DNA of 64,000 nt from Camelus dromedarius. Taxonomy: Eukaryota. Position numbers and translations under genes: made by a program. The stretch is taken from contig NC_087436.1 in NCBI RefSeq assembly GCF_036321535.1, forward strand, positions 34,102,001-34,166,000, given 5' to 3'. Positions 1 through 12,714 of this stretch are shown here, one piece after another; the stretch's first letter is position 1; each line of letters starts with the position of its first letter. Below the pieces are notes generated by a model. It worked only from the letters and a program-made list of their open reading frames with translations, searched no databases and was not told the origin of the DNA.

Positions 1-620
1 TGGTAGGAGTATAAACTAGTACAACCAATTGCAAAATAGTTTGGCATAACTTAACAAAGTTTGGTATTTGCTTACATTATGTTCCAGAAATTCTACTCCC
101 AAATACGTACTCAGAAAATTCTTGCACATGTATGTCCAGAAGATGTTTATTATAATGTATATAACATCATCTTTTTATTAGCAAAGACTTAACAGCCCAA
201 ATGTCTGTCAATAGTATAATAGGTAAATAAGGTTATTATATCATTGCAGCAAAGCTCTACACAGCCCAATTACATATACCTCAAATTATTAATATTTAAA
301 AATAATAATATATGAAACAACAAAATCACAGAACAAAAATGAAATATTTGTCTTTATGTAACACAAAATAGGGAAAACTAAACCATAAATTTTTCAGGGA
401 TATATATATACATAATAAAATAAAAGTAAATTAGAGAATGGTTAGTTAAGTACCCAAGAGAATATTAACTTTTAAGGGAAGAAGGAAGAGAATTTGATCA
501 AAGAGTGACATACTGGGGCCTTCAAAATTACTGGTAAATTTTAGTTTTAAACTAATTGTTAGGTCAAATAGTATTTTTATAATATTTTAAAAATTTTACT
601 TGCACTACCATTTTATCTAA
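1..620 (+). mobile_element. Ancient L1 (L1ME/L1M-like) 3' region fragment
   Basis: Degenerate L1 ORF2-end/3'UTR motifs (ggagtataaactagtacaacc...aaaatagtttggca; cccaaatgtctgtcaatag). Confidence 0.65.
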
Positions 621-1992
621 GGTATGTTTCATCAAAAACAGCAAAATTTAAGCTTCACTTGTCATCTTAAGTAATAAGATTTGGTCTAATTGCCTCCCAG
701 AGAAATATTATTTTAAGTCTACAGTTGGTTTATTTTTGATCACTAAATCAAGAATTTTTGGAAGAAGTGTTCTTTTGCAGATATAAGTTACTCTGAGGAA
801 TTTAGTCATGAGCTTCTGCTCTCAGAGTTCTGAGTTATGAGGAATTTAAGTCTTTCCACAGTGACCGCCTGTATTCCTCTCCTTCATTTTACAGCATGGT
901 AACTGCAGGGAAGAACTATATTAACCCCAGGACTCACATGGATATTGTGGTATATTTCTTTTTCCTTTTGTTTCATCCCCTCTTCATCTTTCTCCTCTTT
1001 CTTCTCCAGACACTGTTTTTGAAAACAAATTAACTCTGCTGTATTTAGAAATCACCACTGTTTCTGAAGAATTATTTTATGGTTATGACCAGAGAATATT
1101 TTGGGTTTTACTCCTGTTTAGGCTCAAGGTATTTCTTTTCTGAAATCACCAGAAGAAGGGAGAATCTTTAGTTAATCAAATAATTCCCTAGAGATACTTA
1201 AGAAAGAATTATAGTCGTCAAAAATTACCTGAAATATGGAGAGCAGATGAGACACAATTTGGTGGATTAGGGTAACGTGAGTATGACTTCAGAGTCTTCA
1301 CAGAAAACCTCTAATGTTAATACATAATAATATAATTAGACTCTATTGAAATAAATCAATCTGCTAAATATTAAGACATGATCTGTTCAAAATATACAAG
1401 ACAAAATAAGCAACGAAAACAAAAACAAAACAGCAGAGTTTAGGTTGACCAGGTGTCTCCATCTGGTTCAAGAACAAATAGAAATGGGGTAAGAGGTGAA
1501 AATTTTCCATCTAGCATAACCATTCAGCAAAGCCAAGAACTACATGAGAGTAACACTTAGCTTCTCCTCTAGTTACTATAGGTTGACCAGCAAAGTATTT
1601 TAAAAATATTTGGCAAAGTGATTCCTTTTTCCCCTTTCTCTGCTCTATACTTCTCTTTTCTCCTCTCTTTGTCTTTGTGGGAGAAAAATAAATAAGGAAA
1701 TGAGTCATTAGCCTTCATAGTCTTTCATCCCTTTGTACTTCCCCAAGCGTGTCTGTGACTGCTGTACCCAAGTAAAACAAATTTAATTGTTAGTTTTCCC
1801 AGCCACTCACATGTTATACATAAATCAGCTAGAAGCAATTTATAAGTTCCTATTATCTATGACTATATGAGATAATGTCTGCCAAATACACAACACAATC
1901 CCTGGCATGTTGTGGGTGCTTAGCCACAATTCATCTTTTATTTCTCACTTTTTGTTTTTATTATTCTTATTTTATTCAATCCAATAGCTTGA

Positions 1993-2244
1993 GGGATATA
2001 TTCAATCCCAAAGCTTGGGGAGGGATAAATTGAAAGTTTGAGATTTGCAGATAGTAATTACTATACATAAAATAGATAAACAGCAAGGTCCTACTGTATA
2101 ACACAGGGAACTATATTCAGTACCTTGTAATGGCCTATAATGAAAAAGAATATGAAAAGGAATACATATATGTATGTGTAAATGAATCACTATGCTGTAC
2201 ACTAGAAATTAACACAGCATTGTAAATTGACTATACTTCAATTA

Positions 2245-2293
<49 letters not shown>

Positions 2294-2307
2294 TTGCAAA
2301 AAAAAAA
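1993..2307 (+). mobile_element. 5'-truncated cetartiodactyl-type L1 3' end with (TA)n and poly-A tail; 15-bp TSD
   Basis: gggagggataaattg...gggaactatattcagtaccttgtaat...ctatacttcaattaaa; TSD aatccaatagcttga at 1978-1992 and 2308-2322. Confidence 0.9.
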
Positions 2308-4709
2308 AATCCAATAGCTTGAATACATCTCAGGGGTTTGGTCTAGAAATTTATCAACCCCTAAAAAGGCTCTGAAGATAATGTGAGTGGAGTTTCTAAT
2401 TATTATTCATAATTTCTTGTAAATAGGTCTCCCATAAGGTTCTCTGTTTGATGGAGCAAGATACATAATTTTTTGGGTAAACAAAAACATTTACAAGTAA
2501 AATGGGTCACTGCCACACACAAATCATTAAATTTGCTGAAGTGCGTATTGAAACCCAAGACTAGGCTGCCTGACCTACGTCTTTTCACAAGCGCTCTAAA
2601 AGCATAACAAGAATAAAGTGGAAAGTATGTCTTTTCCTTTTTAGCTCGTGTTGCTTAGCATTACATTGGTGCTGGATTTACATCTCCCCTGTTATTTCTT
2701 TCAAGGGATTGAGGCAAAGTCAGTGCCAGGTGGTTCTGTGCATTTGCATTGACTATGAAAGCTATTTTAACTTGAGATCACTTTTTTTTTTGGCAATTCA
2801 GTGTGACAGCAGGAAATTGTCCCTATAGAAAAACTCAGCAATGCTGGGGGAGAAATTCTTGTTTTGGAGGCTTGTGTTCCTTTTTCACAAATATGGCAGT
2901 TATTAACATGGATCATATAATGAATGAAAAGCTTGTGACAACCAGTTGAGAAGATCTGCGCTGGTCATTAGCAAGTGGAGGAAGTCTCCCCAAGTCTGTA
3001 TGAGCAATTTGTAAGCGAGACAGCACCAAATGATATGTCTACCCCCTAGCTTTTTTTTCCAAATGGCTGGAAATCCCTTGGTATAGGCATCAGTTTGGAA
3101 GTAGTTGTGGAATTTTACTTAAACTACATATAGTGAAGGGTTGACCCTTTAGGTGTGAGATTTGGCAGCTGAGCTACATGGAAAATACATAAGTAGTCAA
3201 AGAAGAAACCCAAACACTAGGAGGGGTGGATGCCAATGTATCCTTCCCATCTGTGGCAGTCACTGTTGAGTGGGTGCTTAGCTTAGAAAACAATGTAACA
3301 AGACTCACTGCATACTTGGTATACCAGCACACAGATGTTGCTGTGTAATTCCCAAATGCTACGAGAGATCTTTTTTCCCCTTAAAACCTTGGCAGGGATA
3401 AAAGCTGATTGTCACTTTGTATATCAAGCTGCCCCTACCTAAGCTTTGAAATGGACAATAGAACTAGAAATCAGAGAACCTCAAATGAAATTTCAGAATG
3501 AACCACCACCTTCTAAATGGTAATCTCACTGCTTTCCAAATATAGATTTTCAATAAATATTTGTTGAATTAAGCTGAATTCCAAAACAAACAGTTCTACA
3601 GTTATTATTCAGTCTAAGAACTACTTAGGCTTATTCCCAAGGATAATAAAAGGGAATAGTTTTAAATTTTTCCTATACAGATGAGAATCATATGAGCAAT
3701 TTAACTTTTAACAAGCTGAAAACCTGGGAGTTTGGAAGTGGTAGCCTATTTTAAGTACAGAATGTGGAAGAAGTCATAGGTATATAAATTCTGCTATATT
3801 TGTCATTTTGTTTTTAATCTTAATGTCATGATGGTGGAAAGAACATACAGCAAAAGTACATGATTAAATCAAAGTTAAATGTTTAGAGATTTGTTAGCTA
3901 ATAGAACATACCCAGTAAGTATCTCTGTACATTTGCTATTGTAAAAAGATTATGGGGAGAGTTTGTCCTATGACTACATGTCCTTCCCTTTTCAGGTGAG
4001 GGATCTGAACTTGATCATAAAGAAGAAACCCAAGCATATCAGTATAACACAGTGCCTCTCTCAGTACTTCAGGCAAATATAATACATTTCTGTCCGTTGC
4101 AGAGCCTGGAAGCTAAGGCAGGCTTTAGACTGCCACTTGGGAGACAGTACAAGTGGCATTCTATTTTTTTTTCTTTAATGCAGATTTAAAATTAAACATT
4201 TGCTGTTTATGAATTGTGTAATTTCTGACAGATTAATTATCTTTCTGAGTGTTACTTTCTTTGTAATATTAAGCTTTTATTAGAAACAAAGGAAACATTT
4301 TATAAAGCAGCTCACACAGCACCTAGCACATTGTTGATACTCGACGGATACTAGTTACCTCCCATTCTCTTGTGATTTTTGTTATCTTGTGATCTTCCTC
4401 TTCCCATTCGTGGTCATCTCCAATTATTTTGTTACACATGCAAACCTGCCATATCTTTTATCTTATTAAAATGGATGAAGAGCTTCCAGAAATTGCCAAA
4501 AAAAATTAATACAAGAAGTGTGTAAAGTAAAAAGAGGGGGTCCAATCAGATGCTGAAGATTTAATTCTAAGACTATAGAGATGAGAAAAGAGATACTATG
4601 GAATATTTGAAAGAAACAGGAGCACTGAATATTCTGGCTCAGTATGGAGGTCCTGTTATTGGCATTGAAAGAAAAACGTAGATACTGGTAGCGGTTGTTT
4701 TTCCCGGGT

Positions 4710-5272
4710 ACAATCAGGAGTAGTCTCTAATATTTTCTCTCTGACCCAGCTCTCAGCAGGTTCCTCTCAGCCCTTTCTTGGCCTGTAAAGACTTGAATAA
4801 AATAGTAACATCGTTTCCAACAACTGAAGGCCACATCTCTACGATAACCCTAGGCTACCCTACCCCACCTCCTTCCCCTTAAAGTGCCTATCTGAGAATA
4901 CTCAAGGCTGCCAGAAGAATTTACTATTTGTTCCAGCCAGCACCTAAAGATAAGAGCGGCTGTCTCCCAGACTCTGTGCGAGGGGAGGAGCCTAACTGTG
5001 ATAAGAGCCAGCTAACAAAACAAACCCAGGCAAGTTTCATGTGGACTGACTCTCCCCTTCCCATTTTTGGGTAAATTTTGCTTCTTCGACTCTACTGAGT
5101 CCCCATTCACCCTCCTCCCTATTGTCCCATTCTCCTTTTAAAACTCTGAGTCACCTCTGTACAAATTGAAGTTGAGTCCAGATCAAACTAGACTCTTTCC
5201 CTATGGCAGTAGTATATTGCTGGTTAAAATCTGCCCTTATCTCTTTAGCTAGTGTCCGGTTTTATCTTTGAT
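4710..5272 (+). mobile_element. ERV1-class solo LTR (MER34/MER39-like)
   Basis: LTR-type motifs ctcaaggctgccagaagaatttactatttgttccagccagcacct and aaattgaagttgagtccag; ends in tttgata. Subfamily from recall. Confidence 0.6.
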
Positions 5273-5342
5273 ACTGTACATAGACCTGATGTGACTAATA
5301 GGATCTTTGGTATTCTCTCAGAACAATTGCTTATGACAAGGG

Positions 5343-5698
5343 GTTAAGGACTGAATGTTTGTGTCTTCCTAAAATGCATACAATGAAATATAATGTTCAG
5401 TGACGGTATTTGGAGGTGGGGACTTTGAGAGGTTTTAGGTCCTGAGGTGGAGCTCTCATGAACAGGATTCACGACCTTGTAAGAAGTGGCCAGAGAGCGA
5501 GCTAGCTCTCTCTCTGCTGTGTGAGGATGCAGTAAGAAGGCAGCAGCCTGGACCTGGAAGAGGGTTCTTAGCAGACCCGGCCCACGCTGGCAGCTGCGTC
5601 TTGGGCTTACAGCCTCCAGAGCTGTGAGAAATAAATTTCTGTTGTTGATAAACCGCCCAGTCAATGGTACTTCATTACAGAAGCCCAAACTAAGACAA
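5343..5698 (+). mobile_element. MaLR LTR (MLT1A-like)
   Basis: ggactgaatgtttgtgtc...gtatttggaggtggggactttg...cagcctccagagctgtgagaaataaatttctgttgtt...aaactaagaca. Confidence 0.85.
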
Positions 5699-7146
5699 GG
5701 GAAACTAAAGGACTTACCATCCTATCGCCTACTAAGTTCCCTTATGGCATAAACTGCCAGAATAAATCTGAGATGTGTCTTTTGTGACACTGAAGGGATT
5801 TGAGGGTTTGGAAGTACAGATGGTGTTATTATCTCTTCTTACAATTGACCCTCATGATGTTAAAAGCAAGTCAGTTTATATTGGAAAGGAAATGCTGTAG
5901 AAAAATTATATTGGATTTGATCTTCTGTGTACAAAACCACAACGATGAGCCTCTTCTTTATTTACAGAGGAAACTGAGCCCATCCAATGTGCTCACCAGG
6001 ACTTTCCTGTCTCCTGTGAGCTTCCTACCCCTTGTGCCAGCATCTATCTTTAAATTTTCTGCAAGATCTCCCCTCTGCTTGTGAGCTTGAGCCCATCCTC
6101 TCCAAAGTCCTCCAAGACCTTGCTCCATGGATATCTTTCCTCTCTCAGTTATTAATCACTACGCTGCCACTAAATTATATTCCTTAATCCATTTGTCTTT
6201 TTTTCTGTCACCAGAGATACTCCTAAAAAAGCGGTCTGCTCTTACAGATTCTCAATCCCAAGTCATCACTCACCACACTGTAGCCCCCATGCCAATATTC
6301 AGAGGCTTGTAGAATATTATTTGAGAAGCAGTATGGTAGATTGAGCAAAAAAAAAAAAAAAAAAAAAAAAATGAAAGACTGTTCATAAGACACTTACCTA
6401 ATCTATTTTAGCTATCTTCCTATGTGGCTTTTCTGTAGCATTTGGTGGTGTTGGCAATCCTATATTTTTCTTCTATTTTCTTGGCTTCTTAGAAACTATT
6501 CATATGTATTTTCCTATTATTTTTCTCCATGTTTCAGTTGTGTTTTTTTTTAACTTGAGTTCCATGTTAAATGATATTATAGAGACTATAAACACTGATT
6601 ATGGTGTTTATTTTTTGTGGCAGAAGGTCCATACATTTGATCAGTATATCAAAAGGCCTATGAACCTCCAAAAATTTGAGGCCTTTTCTATACACTCTTC
6701 ATGTATAATCTCATATTTTAATGTCAGATTCTCTTCTGAGCTTCATTGCATCTGACAGTCTCTTCCGAAATGTGCCACGGTTATCACAAATCAAATATCC
6801 TCCCCTCGACTAGCTCCTTCCCCTTCCAAAAAAAAAAAAAAAAAAAAAAAAAAAGTCGTAGCTTTTCAGTATCTTATTTCAGTTTATGGTGTTATGGTGT
6901 TGGTTGTCCTACACTAGAAAATGTGCACTAATGTTTGGCCTTTTTTCCTCCTGCATTTCTAGTCAGTCACAAAGTCTTGATAATTCTACCTCAGAGATGT
7001 CTTTAAAAGAATGTAGGAGTGGAGGGAAGAATGAGGGAGGGGAGAAATATGAAAAAGAGAGAAAGAAATCGATTTGACAACACCCCCCACCCTCTACTGC
7101 CTCGTGCCCCATTTAAAACTCAGCTGGCTCTAATTTGCTTTCATGC

Positions 7147-7512
7147 TGTTTTAGTCCATTCATCCTACTGTAACAAAATACCTCAGACTGGGAGGCAAGG
7201 CAACAGAAACTTTTCTCACAGATTTGGAGCCTGGGAAGTCCAAGATGAAGGTGCCAGCATGGCTGTGTTCTCTGATAAAAGCCCTCTTCTGGTGCATAGC
7301 CTGTGCCTTCTCACCCACGTCCTCACATGGTAGGAGGAGCAAGTATGCTGTCTAGCCTCTTCTTAAAAAGGCACTAGTCCCATCCGTGAGGTCTCTGTGC
7401 TCATGACTCAAGCACCTCTCAAAGGTGCACCTCAGTATCATCACGTGGGGCATTAGGATTTCAACGTACGAATTTCAGGGGCGGGGCACAGACATTCAGA
7501 CCGACCGTAGCC
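7147..7512 (-). mobile_element. MaLR LTR (MLT1A-like)
   Basis: tgttttagtccatt...aacagaaacttttctcacag...gggaagtccaagatgaaggtgccagca...gacattcagacc. Confidence 0.8.
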
Positions 7513-7579
7513 CATGATAATGCCTGACCTCACTATCAAGGTATACGCAACCACTTAGACTGTATCTCTAACAAGAGGG

Positions 7580-7705
7580 GACACCAGGGATTGCTGGTGA
7601 CATGAGAACCTGAAAGACATGGAACAGATTTGCCCCTAGAGCCTGCAGACAGAGCACAGCTCACCTGGCACTTGATTTTGAACTCCTAGCCTCCAGAACT
7701 GTGTT
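7580..7705 (+). mobile_element. MLT1 fragment
   Basis: ggaacagatttgcccctagagcct...cttgattttgaactcctagcctccagaactgtg. Confidence 0.65.
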
Positions 7706-7707
7706 TT

Positions 7708-7710
<3 letters not shown>

Positions 7711-7749
<39 letters not shown>

Positions 7750-7758
7750 ACACACACG
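7711..7758. repeat. (CA)n microsatellite
   Basis: Read directly. Confidence 0.95.
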
Positions 7759-7929
7759 ATAATGCAGCTCCTTGCACTCTATACTTAAATTTCTTTGAAT
7801 GTCTCTGATACACCAAGTCACCATGGTTTCATTATTGAACTCTTCCTTTTTGCCTCAATTCCTTTGTATCTTTCCTCACTAGGGAATCACTTACAATATT
7901 AGTCAGCGAAAGTTTCTGGGACCCAGTTC

Positions 7930-8277
7930 TGTCATGGATGTACAAGTGTTTTCCCCGCACCAATTCTCCAGACATCAACCAGCTGTCCTAAAATTCAACT
8001 CAACCCTGAGACTATCTACCTGAAGATAGCATCAGATTCCGCAGGCTGAGTTCTGGTCCTGCAAGACTGAGCACCCTCCCCTCAACTTCAGAGGCAGTTG
8101 CAAGCTTAGGTTGCCACCTCTGCTCTGTCCCACCACCCACTCCTTGGACGTCAGATACCAGTTGCAAGTCCAGGCTGTTACCTGTACTTCTGACTAACTG
8201 GCCATAAATCAGAGGTTGCTACAAACCCCTCCTTGGGTTCCATTAATTTGCTAGAGGCTCACAGAACTTAGAGAAAG
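7930..8277. mobile_element. MER21-family LTR fragment
   Basis: caattctccagacatcaaccagctgtcc...aattcaactc...ccctccttgggttccattaatttgctagaggctcacagaac; similar to the copy at 30.56 kb. Confidence 0.7.
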
Positions 8278-10370
8278 TTATGCACAAATGGACAACAAAG
8301 CTTAACACAATATTATTATACTAAAAAGTAAATGTAATTTATAAAGGTGAATCTGTATTTGCCCATGTTCCTAATAACAAAAAAAAAATTATACAGTGAA
8401 TTGATTAGTATATACAGGTTAATAGACATACCAAAATACTACTTTATTTCAGTTAAGATGAATAATTTATTTTAGTATACTGAGATGGTTTCTTTTTTCC
8501 ACAAATTAGAGGCCACACAAAATCTTAAGTAGCATTTTAAAATTTTACTAGTTTCAGAACAAAGTAATGTATAAACATACATTGTTGCTAAAAAAAAAAG
8601 TTGGTTTCTCTAGTTTTCACAGACTTATCAGCAGGTGTGAAGCATAAAAAGTAACAGATGGAAAAGTCAAAGAAGAAAAAAAACTGGGAAATGTTGCAGA
8701 TAATTCTATTTACTATAATAAAACATAGTGTTAAAAAGGGTGGCCTGTTTATTTTTGCATTTCTCACTGAAATAATTAACATGGAACATAGCTCCTAGCT
8801 TTTCCTGGGACCTGAGAATAAGAAATTATTCTTTCTATCTTGAATAAAATTCCATTTCACTTAACATAATTTTGAGTGCCAACAGAACAGAATTTTAAAA
8901 TATATTTGTTTAATGGAGTCATGAACAAATATTTATGCCCACAACCCAGTCATTTAAGAGGAAACAACTTTATTTAAAATTTTTTTAGTATTATTGACAG
9001 AATTGTAAAATAACAAATGAAAACTTTAAATGTTACACCATCATCACTATATGTTTCTTTCCAAATACAGGTAAAGGAAACATTTAAAACAATGTTCACA
9101 TTTACTCATTAAAATTGGATAGTTTCATTGAAAATTTCTTAATTTGGCTAAATTAATTTCTTTCCAATCACAATAATAGAGGAGTTGATTATTCATAAAA
9201 TGCAAATCAGTTTTTCACATAACTTCCTTTTTTAAACTTATTTTGCTGCTAGTATCACCATATTTCCAGACATCTAGATTTGAAGCCTTAGAATTATAAT
9301 TAATAGCTCATTTTTACATTTTTGCTACATCTAGTCATTTTCCATATCTTGTTGCTGTTTTACTTAAAAATGACTCTTATATTTACTTTTTTCCTCCCAC
9401 TCTAGTTATCTTAATTTAGGTGCTTTCTTTCCTTTTTTTTTTTTTTTTTTTCTGTTTTTTAACACTTACACCTTTGTCCTGGAACACCCTTCCAGTACCT
9501 TCTTTATTCCCACTTGGTCCCAAGTAACTGACCCTTTACGCTCACTGCAGAGTTAAATTTTCAAAGCTTTGGTTATATCACTTGAACACTTAACATGGCA
9601 TATTGTCACAAAAAAGTACAAATGTCATTAAATATCTTTCAAAACCCACTCAGTATCTTCATCTCCAGCTTTATCACCCATTATTTCCCCCGTACGCATT
9701 ATCTGCTCCCAAAACACTATTCACATTTCCAAACATCATCTGTATCTCCGGTACGCAAACCCAGCGAGCCAAAGACGGAAGAGTGTCTTGCACTATCCCA
9801 ACTCCAGTTTCCCCTTGAGGTGATCCTCACAACTCATTTTATTTTCCTATCACTCCTCCAATGCCTCATTCTGACATTATGTCTTTTCCCTAACAGCCCA
9901 AAGTATATTTCTACGTCCTCTAATCTCTCCCTGTACTTCATGTATGAGATTCATGTAATACATTATAGACAGCTGTGAGCTAGGTGTCCAAGCATATACT
10001 CCCTAAGAAATACTCAGAAAGTGAGTTATTTTTCATCATTAGTTGCTATCCCTTATACATAAAAAGCACAAATACTAATGATTTCAGTATTGTTAGTGTC
10101 TAATCCCACTAGCCTACTCACATACATGTATGAAGAACTTAAAAATACATGACCATTTTCACAGACAAAATTAGCAAAACAAACAATGACAAAAAGAGTC
10201 CTTTTAAAATAGTATATGGTTGAGGAAAATTTGGAGAAACAATTTGGCAATAGAGACTCTGGGCTTTAAAACCCAGTGCCTGGAAATTCAAGTTTAAAAT
10301 GGCATCTGGCCAGCATCCACTGGCTCTCATTTCTAAATTCCTACCAGAATAACAACCAAGACAGAATAAA

Positions 10371-10442
10371 CACGCATGCGCATGTGCGCGCCCGCGCGCG
10401 CACACACACACACGCGCACACACACACACACACACACACACA
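10371..10442. repeat. Mixed (CG)n/(CA)n microsatellite
   Basis: cacgcatgcgcatgtgcgcgcccgcgcgcgcacacacacacacgcgcaca... Confidence 0.95.
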
Positions 10443-10959
10443 ATTAGGACCAACAATCAATCAAATTTCATAATTTAGAAAATAATTAGACTAACAGCAA
10501 GGCTGATAAAAGTGAATAAAATAATTTTAGTTAATTCCAATTGATTAGCTACATTATGCTACGTGGAAAGCAGTGCATATGCTTGTACCAAGAGTATAAG
10601 CCTATGTAAAAATGCACAGGGAGAACCTGTCTCTTTCTCCAGCTGGTTCCTCTCTGAATCAGAAATGCAAGATCTACAGTAAATTGAAAATTATACAACT
10701 GTTGTATTATTTTATGGGTGTTGTTAATAACAGTGTCCAAATTCTGAGAGTTCCTTTCTCGGCACATAGACAAATGGTCATGTCCAGAATAAACGTGGGA
10801 GGAATAGGGTGGGGGGATGTGGACAGACCTGTTAGTGGAGGGGCATTTGAAGTACAGCAGTCTTCTCAAAATAAAGCAAGCACAGGTACTCAAAGACACC
10901 AGGCAGAACAGTCTACATTTGGCCTGTTTTTTTTTTGTTGTTGTTCAGTAACTTGATCT

Positions 10960-11270
10960 GCATTGTCTTTAGGGTACCTGGGCACTGGTAGATTATGAAA
11001 TCTCTTACAAAAGATTTATTCTGATTGCCTTAAAGACAAAGAAGCTCTTATATAAGTTCCTTAAAAAAACAGAAAATATGAAAATTGGACTTCTAATATT
11101 TTCAGTGTGCTAAAAAATATATTCTAGAATCTAACTGAAGACTTCAGGAATTCACATTCACATAATTTAGGTACGACTTTGGCAAACAAAATTAGTTAAT
11201 TATTTCAGGTTTAATAAAAACAGCTATGTTTTCTCTGATATAATATTATAAAATATTAAACATAATACAA
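10960..11270 (+). mobile_element. Possible ERV1 internal (MER4-group) remnant
   Basis: tttggcaaacaaaattagtt...ggtttaataaaaacagctatgttttctctga resembles recalled MER4-group internal sequence. Confidence 0.4.
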
Positions 11271-11278
11271 ATGTAGAT

Positions 11279-12714
11279 TTATTTATTTATTAAAGTATAG
11301 TCAGCTTATAATGTGTCAATTTCTGGTGTACAGCATCATGTTTCATTCATACATACACATACATATATTCATTTTCATATTCTTTTTTTTTTGAAGTACA
11401 GTCAGTTACAGTGTGCCAATGTCTGGTGCCCCAGTCATGAATATACATATATATGTTTGTTTTCATTTGCTTCTTCATTAAAAGTTATTACAAGATATTG
11501 AATATAGTTCCCTGTGCTATACAAAAGAAACTTGTTGTTTACCTATTATATATGTACTAGTTAATATTTGCAAATCTTGAACTCCCAATTTATCCCTTCC
11601 CATCCCTTTTTCCCCTTGGTAACCATGAGATTGTTTACTATATCTGTGAGTCTATTTCTGTTTCATAGATAAGGTCATTAGTGTCTTTTTTTCCTTCTTT
11701 TTTTAGATTGCACGTTAGAGTGATATAATACAGTATCTCTTTTCTCTTTCTGGCTTACTTCACTTAGAATAACAATCTCCAGGTCCATCCATGTTGCTAC
11801 TAATGGCATTATCTTATTCTTTTTTAACACTGAGTAGTATTCCATTGTATAACTATCCCACAGCTTCTTTATCCAGTCACCTGTCAGTGGACATTTAGGT
11901 TGCTTCCGTGTCTTGGCTATTGTAAAAAGGGCTGCTATGAACATTGGGGTGTCTATATTTTTTTGAATTAGAGTTCCGTCTGGAACATAATATATGCCCA
12001 GGAGTGGGATTGATGGATCATATGGTAAGTCTATTTTTAGTTTGAGGAATCTCTGTACTGTTTTCCATAATGGCTGCACCAAACTGCAGTCCCAACAGCA
12101 GTGTAGGAGGGTTCCCTTTTCTCCACACCCTCTCCAGCATATATTGTTTGTGGACTTTTTAATGGTGGCCATTTTGACTGGTGTGAGGTGATACCTCACT
12201 ATAGTTTTAATTTGCATTTTGCTGATAATTAGCAATATTGATCATTTTTTTCATGTGCTTATTGGTCACTTGTATGTCTTCATTGGCAAAATGCTTGTTT
12301 ACGTCTTCAGCCCATTTTTGGATTGGGTTTTTTTTTGTTCTTAAGTTGTATGAGCTTTTTATATATTCTGGGGATTAAACCTTTGTCAGTTGCATCATTT
12401 GCAGATATTTTCTCCCATTCTGTAGGTTGTCGTTTTGTTTTGCTTATGGTTTCCTTTGCTATGCAAAAGTTTGTAAGTTTAATTAGGTCCTATTTGTTTA
12501 TTTTTGCTCTTATTTCTATTGCCTGTGTAGACTGCCCGAGGAGAATGATGCTGAGATTTATGTCCGAGAATCTTTTGCCTATGTTTTCTTCTAGGAGGTT
12601 TATAGTGTTGTCTTATATTTAAGTCTTTAAGCCAGTCTGAGTTTATTTTTGTGTATAGTGTGAAGGAGTTCTCTAACTTCGTTGATTTACATGTGGCTGT
12701 CCAGCTTTCCCAAT
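11279..12714 (-). mobile_element. 5'-truncated lineage-specific L1 (ORF2 C-terminus and 3'UTR) with an extra tandem 3' tail
   Basis: ORF 11678-12235 is the L1 ORF2 C-terminus ([18 protein letters not shown] knuckle; [14 protein letters not shown]); the upstream part is frameshifted. Confidence 0.95.

Noticed and set aside
11678..12235. 185-aa ORF as a host gene
   Set aside because: It is the L1 ORF2 C-terminus in a 5'-truncated, frameshifted copy.
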